Positions 40,294 to 48,768 of a stretch of 64,000 nt of DNA are shown piece by piece. Numbering within the stretch: position 1 is the stretch's first letter; each line of letters begins with the position of its first letter. This stretch comes from a virus, in the IMG/VR virus record IMGVR_UViG_3300042197_002762, positions 96,001-160,000 of that record. One strand, written 5' to 3'. The notes beneath the pieces were generated by a model. That model was not told the origin of the DNA. It made no database searches and saw nothing but the letters and a program-made list of their open reading frames with translations. Position numbers and translations under genes: made by a program.

Positions 40294-40950
40294 ATGCAAT
40301 ACAAAATATTGGCGTTCTCTGATATTCACCTTGGCGACCCTGATTGTCAGCCCAAAAAAGTAATAAACGTTTTAAGAAAAGTAAAAGCCGAAAAAATAAT
40401 TATTGTAGGCGATCTTTTTGATTCCAAACACTTATCAAGATTAAAAAAGAATCATTGGCGGGTGTTATCTACCATCCGTAGTGTTAGTAAAAAATGTGAA
40501 GTAATTTACTTACTGGGCAATCATTGTTTTCTTAATATGGAATATATGACCCATCTCTTGGGAATTAAAACGGGGTTAGAACATGAAGAAACAATTAATG
40601 GCAAGAAATTTATATTTCTACACGGTGATATTTTTGATTTTTTTGTTTCAACTAAACGCTGGAGAACTGATTTAACAACTAATTTTTATTACTGGTTAAG
40701 AACAAACTTTCCTGATTTTGCCCGTTGGGTTCGCCATGCTTGCCACAAATTGGTATGTAAAGCAACTTATTATAAAGATAATGCAAAAAAGTATTGTACA
40801 TTGAATAAAAAAGATTATATAATCTGTGGACATTCACATTTTCCAGCTATAGAAGGGTGCTACGTAAATACGGGCTCTTTCTGTGAAAGAAAACTGTGTT
40901 CTTACATAACAATTGACCAAAACGCAGAAATACGGCTTAACTACATTTAA
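40294..40950 (+). CDS. metallophosphoesterase, LpxH/YbbF-like
   Basis: SDIHLG, VGDLFD, GNH, HGD.FD, CGHSH, VNTGS. Confidence 0.85.
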   Translation: MQYKILAFSDIHLGDPDCQPKKVINVLRKVKAEKIIIVGDLFDSKHLSRLKKNHWRVLSTIRSVSKKCEVIYLLGNHCFLNMEYMTHLLGIKTGLEHEETINGKKFIFLHGDIFDFFVSTKRWRTDLTTNFYYWLRTNFPDFARWVRHACHKLVCKATYYKDNAKKYCTLNKKDYIICGHSHFPAIEGCYVNTGSFCERKLCSYITIDQNAEIRLNYI

Positions 40951-40952
40951 TT

Positions 40953-41741
40953 ATGAAAACTCTTATAATTCCAGACATTCATCAAGATATAGCTGGGCTC
41001 AAAAAGATTTTTAAACTTGAGAAGTTAGACTCATTTGATGAAATCATTTTTTTAGGGGATTGGTTTGACTCTTTTTATGAACCGCCCAAAGTCGCAAGTT
41101 TTAAAGATACTTGCCTCTTTTTGCGCGACCTTGTTTGGGAAAATGAAAAAACTGGTAAAATGGTTTTTCTTGTCGGAAACCATGATCTTGCCTATATTTA
41201 CAATAATAGAAAAGGCGGATATACGAGCGTTGCGCCAAGTATAACCTACTGGTGTTCAGGGGTTACTAAAAGTAAAATTGGTACTTTTCGTCAAGTTTTT
41301 TTTGATAAAGGTCTTAAAGACGAATGGTTTGTAAAAAATTTTAAAATCGCACATCGTTCTCAAGGGTGGATTTTTTCTCATGCTGGAATGGTTAATCGTC
41401 AGATTCCATATGGTCATACTGTAAATCAAGTAATTGATGAGATTATACCAGATGTTTGGCTTAATTTTAGAAATGTTGCTTATCGTCAAAACGCATTAAT
41501 TTCTGCTGTTGGTATTGTCCGTGGTGGTCAAGATAATACTGGTGGGCTTCTTTGGCTTGATTATCACAATGAATTTTATGCATCGCCAGACATTGGTAAA
41601 CAAGTTTTTGGGCATAGCTATGTTCCAGAACCAACAGCAACAGCTTTAAATACTGATTATGAAAGTTGGAATATGGATACTAATCTTAAAGATTATGCTA
41701 TCATTCGTGATGGCCGTTTAACAACTCGTCGAATTGTATGA
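40953..41741 (+). CDS. metallophosphoesterase (calcineurin-like)
   Basis: PDIHQ, LGDWFD, GNHD, SHAG, QVFGHS. Confidence 0.85.
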   Translation: MKTLIIPDIHQDIAGLKKIFKLEKLDSFDEIIFLGDWFDSFYEPPKVASFKDTCLFLRDLVWENEKTGKMVFLVGNHDLAYIYNNRKGGYTSVAPSITYWCSGVTKSKIGTFRQVFFDKGLKDEWFVKNFKIAHRSQGWIFSHAGMVNRQIPYGHTVNQVIDEIIPDVWLNFRNVAYRQNALISAVGIVRGGQDNTGGLLWLDYHNEFYASPDIGKQVFGHSYVPEPTATALNTDYESWNMDTNLKDYAIIRDGRLTTRRIV

Positions 41742-42322
41742 ATAAAAATATACAAAAATTAATATCAGACATTATGACACAATGTGTTAAGAATGGAATT
41801 AATTTTCGTCTTGAACATACTGACCAAGTTGACCAAGAGAATATCCCTTGTAGTGGATATTTTGACGAACAAACATTGGCCGTTGCCACGAAAAAAGAAA
41901 AAATGCAAGATTGGTTAGATATTCTTGTTCACGAATCTTGCCACCTTGATCAGTTTCTTGCAGGGCCGAAAGTTTGGATGCCAGATGAAGAAACTTTGTT
42001 CATAGTTGAAGGATGGATTCATGGTAAGAATATTTCTAAACCTAAACTAGAGAAAGGTTTTAAAAATACAATTGCTCTTGAATTAGATTGTGAAAAAAGA
42101 ACTGTAACTAAAATGCAAAAGTATGGAATTCGTTTTAACAAAAAACAATACATACAAAAAGCAAATTCATATCTTTTCTCTTATACTTATGCTTTTGTTA
42201 ATAAAGCGTGGTATCCGAAACCATACGAAAAGCCCAAAATTTACAATCATATGCCAACAAAGTTCTTGACTGTAGATGAATATTTTGATATAAATAGTAA
42301 ATACTTTCAATACTATCTATGA
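41738..42322 (+). CDS. hypothetical protein with HExxH motif
   Basis: LVHESCHLDQ...ELDCE. Confidence 0.55.
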   Translation: MNKNIQKLISDIMTQCVKNGINFRLEHTDQVDQENIPCSGYFDEQTLAVATKKEKMQDWLDILVHESCHLDQFLAGPKVWMPDEETLFIVEGWIHGKNISKPKLEKGFKNTIALELDCEKRTVTKMQKYGIRFNKKQYIQKANSYLFSYTYAFVNKAWYPKPYEKPKIYNHMPTKFLTVDEYFDINSKYFQYYL

Positions 42323-42687
42323 AAAAAATAATCAAACCAAAACAAGAAGAAAAAGCAGAATATTTTTCTGATTTTAGCGGAAAACCTTTTGGTGATGAAG
42401 TTGCTTTTTTTGTTCCAGAAGTTGAAATCAAATTTGAATTTAATTATGGTTCAGAATTTGATGGCTCAAAAATCGAATTCCATTTGACCGATCAAGAAGC
42501 AAAACATGTTCTAGATTTTATTCGTATGAACTTGTCAGAAGGTAAGATTACTGAACTTAAAACTCGGCTTGAATCTGCTAACGAAGATTACGATGATAAC
42601 ATGGACGCACGTGATTGGCAATCATGTGATTATATTGGCAATTCTATAAATCTTTATAAATATCTTTTGCCTAATGACGATAATTAA
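42319..42687 (+). CDS. hypothetical protein
   Basis: Coupled ORF; FNYGSEFDG. Confidence 0.6.
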   Translation: MKKIIKPKQEEKAEYFSDFSGKPFGDEVAFFVPEVEIKFEFNYGSEFDGSKIEFHLTDQEAKHVLDFIRMNLSEGKITELKTRLESANEDYDDNMDARDWQSCDYIGNSINLYKYLLPNDDN

Positions 42688-42877
42688 TCTTAAACATCGA
42701 AATATTTTTGGTTATAATGTTCTCGTATGGTGGAATACAAATTCTGAATTTAAACTACTAAAAATAGATAACCGCATGTATAAAAAATATAGCCTTTATA
42801 TATGGAAGTTTATTTTCGAAATCGGAAAACTCAAATATGGAACAAACAATAAATCTGTATCAACAATTAGTAAATAA
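42674..42877 (+). CDS. small hypothetical protein
   Basis: ORF track; overlaps neighbours. Confidence 0.4.
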   Translation: MTIINLKHRNIFGYNVLVWWNTNSEFKLLKIDNRMYKKYSLYIWKFIFEIGKLKYGTNNKSVSTISK

Positions 42878-43196
42878 TTTAACAAATGCAATCGACCAAA
42901 ATTTCCGTAACCAACTCGCTAAAGAAACGCAAATCGAATCGCTCGACCCAAAATGGAAAGCCGCGCGCCAAAATATCGAAAGATACTTACAGCAAATTGC
43001 CAATCAAAACGTGGGACTTGAACCTGTTCTTTTATCAGATGGGTTTTTTATTTACGAGGATATCGCGGCTCTTTTGGTAGATTTATTGTGGCAACAGCTT
43101 AATAATAAGCTAGATATAAAAGAAACTCTGTATTATTATCGTTATTATAAAATTCAGATTTATAATAAATATTTATTGACAGATAAAACAAATTAA
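42837..43196 (+). CDS. hypothetical protein
   Basis: 119-aa ORF. Confidence 0.5.
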   Translation: MEQTINLYQQLVNNLTNAIDQNFRNQLAKETQIESLDPKWKAARQNIERYLQQIANQNVGLEPVLLSDGFFIYEDIAALLVDLLWQQLNNKLDIKETLYYYRYYKIQIYNKYLLTDKTN

Positions 43197-43209
43197 AAGA
43201 TAATAAGGT

Positions 43210-43500
43210 ATGGAAAAAACTAAAAAAGTCCTAGAAAAAAAAGAACTCTACATCCAGTTCTCTGATGAAGAAATGGAAGAACTTGGATGGGAAGAAGGTC
43301 AAAAACTTTCTTTCAAGTTCGATGAAGAAACAAAAGCTATTACTCTTGAGCCGTTTGTGAAAATGGATATTGATATTAGCGAATGGCCTCGTGAAATTCT
43401 CCAATTCTTGATTGGAGAATCTTGCGATAGAGATATCTCTGTAAATGCAGTTATTAACGAAACCCTTTTAAAATTTATTGAAAAAAATGAATATAAATAA
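43210..43500 (+). CDS. AbrB/MazE-like DNA-binding protein
   Basis: ELYIQFSDEEMEELGWEEGQKL; promoter TTGACA-17-GATAAT at 43176-43204. Confidence 0.6.
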   Translation: MEKTKKVLEKKELYIQFSDEEMEELGWEEGQKLSFKFDEETKAITLEPFVKMDIDISEWPREILQFLIGESCDRDISVNAVINETLLKFIEKNEYK

Positions 43501-43771
43501 AAACAAAAAAGTAGAAGCACATATTTATAAAGTTGTGCATACTTTAGATATTCCAATTGATAGCGTTTACCCGACAGTCAGTATGGAAATTGATGAACAA
43601 GCTACTCTTGCAGATCATCTTTATGCTTTTGAACGTTTTCTTCAAAGCATCGGGTATCATTTGCCAGCAAATAGTCACCTTGATTTCGTGGAAGATGATA
43701 TAGAAAGCGATAGAGACGATGAAGTCACTATCGGTGAACCCTCTAACCATAAAAATAATGGAGTAAATTAA
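43487..43771 (+). CDS. hypothetical protein
   Basis: FERFLQSIGY motif. Confidence 0.55.
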   Translation: MNINKNKKVEAHIYKVVHTLDIPIDSVYPTVSMEIDEQATLADHLYAFERFLQSIGYHLPANSHLDFVEDDIESDRDDEVTIGEPSNHKNNGVN

Positions 43772-43932
43772 TGAAACAAGATCGCGTCACAATGTTTGCA
43801 ATCCTTTCAATCCTAATTATCCAATTAGGAGTATTGATTTCTAATGAGTTCCGTTTTTCTAGGATTGAAGAAAAAATCGACCAATATTTTTTGCCAATTG
43901 TTGAGTTACCAGAATGGGAGGAAAATCCATAA
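43771..43932 (+). CDS. small single-TM protein (53 aa)
   Basis: Manual ORF MKQDRVTMFAILSILIIQLGVLI... Confidence 0.55.
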   Translation: MKQDRVTMFAILSILIIQLGVLISNEFRFSRIEEKIDQYFLPIVELPEWEENP

Positions 43933-44522
43933 TGGGTATGTTCGATTCAATTCAATGTAACTATCCACTTCCACTTCCGTTGGAAGTTATAGACGTTATG
44001 CCAGATCCATATGACCTGGAATTTCAAACCAAAGACTTAGAAAATCTATTGGATAATTATTATTTAAATGAGGATGGAATATTGTCTTGGCACAAAAAGA
44101 AATATGAATGGAAAGATGACGATAGTGCCTTTTTAAAGGGATATATGGATGTTGTCGAAGAAGAAATCGTCCCAACAGATTTTCACGGTGTTCTTAATTT
44201 TTACTGTTACGAAACAGTAGAAGAAGATATAGAAAATAATAAAGCAAAAGATATTACAATAGATTATCTTGCCAAATTTACAAATGGTAAACTTGAAAAT
44301 ATAGAGATTCTTTCCTATGATATTATTGATGCTACCGTGCGTATTATTGATTTAAAAAATACCATGAAAAAACACGAAGAGCGCCGCAAGCGTTGGTATA
44401 ATAAATATATTTTCTATACTAAAGGTTGGAGATTTATTAAAAATAAAATAATTTTAAACCCTATTGATTTATTGAGAAAATTTTTAGATAAATTATATTG
44501 GTTAATAGTAAGATATTTGTAA
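43932..44522 (+). CDS. conserved phage hypothetical protein
   Basis: MGMFDSIQC...FQTKDL...AKFTNG. Confidence 0.65.
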   Translation: MGMFDSIQCNYPLPLPLEVIDVMPDPYDLEFQTKDLENLLDNYYLNEDGILSWHKKKYEWKDDDSAFLKGYMDVVEEEIVPTDFHGVLNFYCYETVEEDIENNKAKDITIDYLAKFTNGKLENIEILSYDIIDATVRIIDLKNTMKKHEERRKRWYNKYIFYTKGWRFIKNKIILNPIDLLRKFLDKLYWLIVRYL

Positions 44523-44680
44523 TGAAATTAGATTTCACGCAAATAAATGGAAAACAAATTCAAGTAACCGATATGGAATATCTTTATACTTATACAAATA
44601 AAGACGGTGAAAAAATTGCTGTTTTTGAATATCAAGGAGAACAAATAGAGAAGAAAGTAGCCGAAGATGTCGCCTCTTGA
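44522..44680 (+). CDS. small hypothetical protein
   Basis: Coupled ORF. Confidence 0.45.
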   Translation: MKLDFTQINGKQIQVTDMEYLYTYTNKDGEKIAVFEYQGEQIEKKVAEDVAS

Positions 44681-45560
44681 TAAATTAAAATCACATCCAT
44701 ACGTTTCAGAAAATGTTTCATTAAGTATTTATAATGAGCCATTTAAATATATTGTTATAGATAATTTATTTAAACCTGAAATATATAATCAACTTTCTCA
44801 AAAATTTCCAGAGTATATTGCTAGAAAATCTCACGTGCATGGTCAAGTTGGTGATAATGCAAATAATATTTATAATGCCATTATCTATGGATTTAAATCA
44901 AATGATTATGTAAATGGTTTTGAATTTTTTATAGATACTTTTTGGAAAAATTATATTTCAGAAATTTTTGAAATTGAATTTAACCAACATGTTACATCTT
45001 CAGTACATTTTCATAAAGGCTCTCCTGAACAACCATCAAAAAGCGGATGGGCTCATAAAGATTTGAGTATATGTTCTGCGATTGAAGACCCATCAAAAGA
45101 AATAAAAAATATTGATGATTGTCAATATGCGGATGATAGTAATGGACAACCGTTTACAAAAAAAATAATTCGTAGTGTAGCAAATCTATATTATTTAAAT
45201 AATAAAGAAGATGTAACAATTGATGACGGTGGAGGGACAGCAGTTTGCAATAATTATAATATGAATGATATTGCAGAAACTATATTACCTATAAATAATA
45301 GACTTTTCTCGTTTGAAATTAGTCCTATTTCTTATCATGGTTTTATTGGAGCTAAATTTGATCGCAGTGCAATGGTTCAATGGTTTCATAGTGATCCGAT
45401 TTATATTGTGAAAAAACATCTAGACAAATTTAAAAAACAGTGGAAAGAGTCTAGAATGATTTTTGAGAAATGGAAAAAAGAAGATTTATGGCAAATTGAG
45501 CAGCATCCAGAATATTGGGATAATTTTGATAAGCCATTTGTAGAAATATTAAATAATTAA
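44667..45560 (+). CDS. 2OG-Fe(II) oxygenase superfamily protein
   Basis: PFKYIVIDN, HKD, GGGT, SYHG, RSAMVQWFH. Confidence 0.8.
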   Translation: MSPLDKLKSHPYVSENVSLSIYNEPFKYIVIDNLFKPEIYNQLSQKFPEYIARKSHVHGQVGDNANNIYNAIIYGFKSNDYVNGFEFFIDTFWKNYISEIFEIEFNQHVTSSVHFHKGSPEQPSKSGWAHKDLSICSAIEDPSKEIKNIDDCQYADDSNGQPFTKKIIRSVANLYYLNNKEDVTIDDGGGTAVCNNYNMNDIAETILPINNRLFSFEISPISYHGFIGAKFDRSAMVQWFHSDPIYIVKKHLDKFKKQWKESRMIFEKWKKEDLWQIEQHPEYWDNFDKPFVEILNN

Positions 45561-45562
45561 TT

Positions 45563-46066
45563 GTGTTTTTTTATTTACAAATTGTTGTTTCAATTTTTTT
45601 GTTATTTTTATTATTTTTTGTAAGAGGGTCTTTAGAAAATCCTATTTATAGTATATTAAAATTTAGACACAGTAAATTTGATAAAATAATTTCAAGATTA
45701 AGATTTTATATACCGTGGTTATTATTTAATGAAATGAATAATAATTACATGGATATTAAAATAATTTCGAGTTCAAATAAAAGTTCTCATGTATGGTATT
45801 TAAGAAAAGATAAATGCATAGGAAACTATTATTTTAATAATGATTTAAGTTCATTGACTTTAACATTTTATTATAAAGAAATGTTTAGTTCTTTTTTAAA
45901 TAAATTTTGCTTGAATAAAGTTCAAGAATTTTATTTTAATAAAAATGAGGTTTGTAAATCTTTAATAATAGAAAAACATTGGTTTGATTCTTTTGATGAA
46001 AAAAGTATTAATTATAGACTTAATCCAATAAATATTGGACAACTTTTTAATTGGAAAAATGATTAG
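45563..46066 (+). CDS. membrane-anchored protein, possible SdpA/DUF5819-like partner
   Basis: N-terminal TM; lies directly upstream of the HTTM gene. Confidence 0.4.
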   Translation: MFFYLQIVVSIFLLFLLFFVRGSLENPIYSILKFRHSKFDKIISRLRFYIPWLLFNEMNNNYMDIKIISSSNKSSHVWYLRKDKCIGNYYFNNDLSSLTLTFYYKEMFSSFLNKFCLNKVQEFYFNKNEVCKSLIIEKHWFDSFDEKSINYRLNPINIGQLFNWKND

Positions 46067-46919
46067 CTTTATAGATATATATAATTTTTTATTTAATTAT
46101 CAGGTTTATTCTGAATTTACAGTCTTTTTAAGAATTATCTCTGTAGGATATTTATTATTTTGCCTGTCATGGATTTATAGGGATGCTTGGTATTTTTCAT
46201 CTCCGATCGGGCCTTTTGGGGATGCAGATTATAAAAATTTTTCTAGAAATATTTTTCCACAATTTTCATTATTTGACTATTTTAATAATCAATTCTTTGC
46301 ACAAAAATTTATTTTTATTAATTTCTATATTTTTGGACTTTTTTCTTTATTGGGTTTATTTACAAATGTATCGTTATTTATATTTTTAATTATGATGATA
46401 TCTATACAGAGTAGAATTCTACCTATTATATATAGTGGTGGAGATTCTATCGCTAGAATATTAATTACTTGTATGATTATAACAGATTGCGGATCTCAAT
46501 ACTCTATTGATAATTTTTTAGGATTTGCATCTAATCAAAATATTATAAATGGAACAGGTATTAGAACTTTACAAATTAGTATCTGCATGATATATTTTTG
46601 GTCTTCAGTCTATAAATTAAGAGATAAATATTGGCTAAATGGAGATGTTATTAAAAATGCAATTGCTTCTCCAATTTGGGGTAAAAGATGGCTTATAAAA
46701 TTTTGGTCTATTAACTTTGTATCAAAAATTACTACATGGTCAGTATTAATATTTGAGTATTTTGCACCAGCTTTATTTTTCATTAAAGAAACAAGAAATT
46801 TTGCTATTGCATATGCGATATGTATGCATATTTGTATTACTATATTTATGAGAATTGGATATTTTGGACCTATAATGATAATATCTATATTAAGTTTTTG
46901 TAACGATTTTTTTGAATGA
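46059..46919 (+). CDS. HTTM-domain (VKGC/SdpB-like) membrane protein
   Basis: Multi-TM; SGGD, QISICMIYFWSSVYKL...WLNG, H..I...MRIGYF. Confidence 0.8.
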   Translation: MISFIDIYNFLFNYQVYSEFTVFLRIISVGYLLFCLSWIYRDAWYFSSPIGPFGDADYKNFSRNIFPQFSLFDYFNNQFFAQKFIFINFYIFGLFSLLGLFTNVSLFIFLIMMISIQSRILPIIYSGGDSIARILITCMIITDCGSQYSIDNFLGFASNQNIINGTGIRTLQISICMIYFWSSVYKLRDKYWLNGDVIKNAIASPIWGKRWLIKFWSINFVSKITTWSVLIFEYFAPALFFIKETRNFAIAYAICMHICITIFMRIGYFGPIMIISILSFCNDFFE

Positions 46920-47536
46920 ATATTTTAATATTAGGTGGCACACAAATGATTGGTAAGGATTTTACTAATCTTTTAATTACTAATAATAAAAATTATAAAA
47001 TAATTATAGCGAATCGTGGGCTAACAAGGCCAGATTTATTTCCTAATATACCTCATGTTAAAATAGATAGAAACATAGAGTCAACATGCCAAGTGTTATC
47101 CAATTATAATTTTGATATTGTGGTTGATTTTTCATGTTATACCGTAGATCAATTCAGTAATACATATAAATATTTAAAATATAATAAGTATATTTATATA
47201 TCTACAATGTCCGTACATGAAAAGCATATTATAAATAATCTTGATTTAAATAATAATTATCATAGATATTGTATAGGTAAATATCTAATTGAAGAATTTA
47301 TATTTAACAATAAAATAAGAAATTGCTTAATTATAAGGCCTTGTGCGATTTATGGCGAGGATGATTATACAAATAGGTTTTATAAGAAAGATGGTGAGTA
47401 TTATTGGAAATCGAATAACTCTAAAGTTGGAACTGGAACAATGTTTGTAAAAGATTTCTCTAAATTACTTAGCTATCATATACATAGCTACCCAGAAATT
47501 GGTGCTATAGATGTTTGTGAAAAATGGTGGACGTGA
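46916..47536 (+). CDS. NAD-dependent epimerase/dehydratase family protein
   Basis: ILILGGTQMIG, YIYIST, YCIGK, IIRP..IYG. Confidence 0.8.
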   Translation: MNILILGGTQMIGKDFTNLLITNNKNYKIIIANRGLTRPDLFPNIPHVKIDRNIESTCQVLSNYNFDIVVDFSCYTVDQFSNTYKYLKYNKYIYISTMSVHEKHIINNLDLNNNYHRYCIGKYLIEEFIFNNKIRNCLIIRPCAIYGEDDYTNRFYKKDGEYYWKSNNSKVGTGTMFVKDFSKLLSYHIHSYPEIGAIDVCEKWWT

Positions 47537-47959
47537 GGAGAGTTGAACTCCTGTCCATTTAATTTACATTAAAAAGTCTACATGTTTAAGTGTTTTTGGT
47601 ATTTGGTTGGCTAAAGGTTACCTTGGTACACTAACCTATCTTTTAAAGCCTACCTATGCAGAGAACATTCTGCATAATGTTCAACAATTATTTTTACAAT
47701 TAAGTTGACTTCATAAACCTATTGCAGTTCCAACGCTTTTAATAGGATCCAGACATTGGTTCTTAGGCAGCCATCAAGTATTCTTCTTCAACACCGCCGA
47801 GAAACTCGTCGGAGTTATTGAAGATGTACTCAGCTTCTGCCAAGATCGAGTCAGTATTATCTTCTGCTCTTAATTTTTTAATCGATTTTTTACGAGGCCA
47901 TCGATTAACCTCGACATGCGTTTTTAATTTCAACCAAATGTCGAAACCAGTACACGCCC
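47525..47959 (-). ncRNA. ssrA: tmRNA with 34-aa tag AEDNTDSILAEAEYIFNNSDEFLGGVEEEYLMAA
   Basis: 5' GGGCGTGTACTGGTTTCGAC; 3' GGAGTTCAACTCTCCTCACGTCCACCA; G3:U70; tag frame 47867-47763 ends in AA. Confidence 0.93.
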
Positions 47960-47963
47960 AAAA

Positions 47964-47975
47964 TTTCAAAGATCT
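47964..47975 (-). promoter_or_regulatory. boxA-like element in tmRNA leader
   Basis: AGATCTTTGAAA; GTGTAA at 47999-48004. Confidence 0.5.
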
Positions 47976-48054
47976 ACCTATTTAGATAGTAATATTTATT
48001 ACACAATTTGTCAATATTTTTATATTTATATTTTATATTACTTATAATTAAAGA

Positions 48055-48759
48055 ATGAAAGAATTAATTAATAAATTTTACAGCGAAAGAGTCTACGCTC
48101 AAACCCCTACTAAACTTTGTGAATTTATGAATATGTATGGTAGTGACAAAGGAACGAGGGGTGGCGCAGGAAACTATACGAAACTTTATAATTTTTTATT
48201 CAAAGATATTGCAAATGATATAGAAAATGTATTTGAAGTTGGTCTGGGAACCAATAATATTAATATCCCTAGTAATATGGGTCCGTTAGGTAAACCTGGA
48301 GCTTCTTTGCGCGCATGGAGAGAATACTTTCCAAATGCAGAAGTATATGGAGCAGATATTGATAATGAAATTTTATTTGAAGAAGACAGAATAAAAACCT
48401 TTTTTGTTGATCAGTACGATGAAAATTCAATAAAAAGTTTATGGAATAATTTTGAAGGAATTGAATTTGATATTATATTAGATGATGGGATACATGATGT
48501 TGCTTGGACAGAGAAATCAGGAAATATTAATTTTTTTAAAAATTCTATTCAAAAATTAAAACAATCAGGATTTTATATAATTGAAGATGTAGCTTGCGAC
48601 CATGATGGGGAAATGATTTCTCCTAAAGTTTTAAATTTTGTAAAAGATTTAAAATCAGGAGTTTATGGAATTTTTGAGTTTGCGGAACTTATTAAAACAC
48701 CTGCATTCAAAAATAAAGAAAATTTTAGAAATACTCAATTAATTTTGATAAAAAAATAA
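48055..48759 (+). CDS. class I SAM-dependent methyltransferase
   Basis: YGSDKG, VFEVGLG, SLRAWREYFPNA, DIILDDG. Confidence 0.85.
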   Translation: MKELINKFYSERVYAQTPTKLCEFMNMYGSDKGTRGGAGNYTKLYNFLFKDIANDIENVFEVGLGTNNINIPSNMGPLGKPGASLRAWREYFPNAEVYGADIDNEILFEEDRIKTFFVDQYDENSIKSLWNNFEGIEFDIILDDGIHDVAWTEKSGNINFFKNSIQKLKQSGFYIIEDVACDHDGEMISPKVLNFVKDLKSGVYGIFEFAELIKTPAFKNKENFRNTQLILIKK

Positions 48760-48768
48760 AAAGGTTTC

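Noticed and set aside
47763-47969. 68-aa minus-strand CDS in the ORF track
   Set aside because: It is the tmRNA tag frame extended into the tRNA-like domain, not an independent gene.
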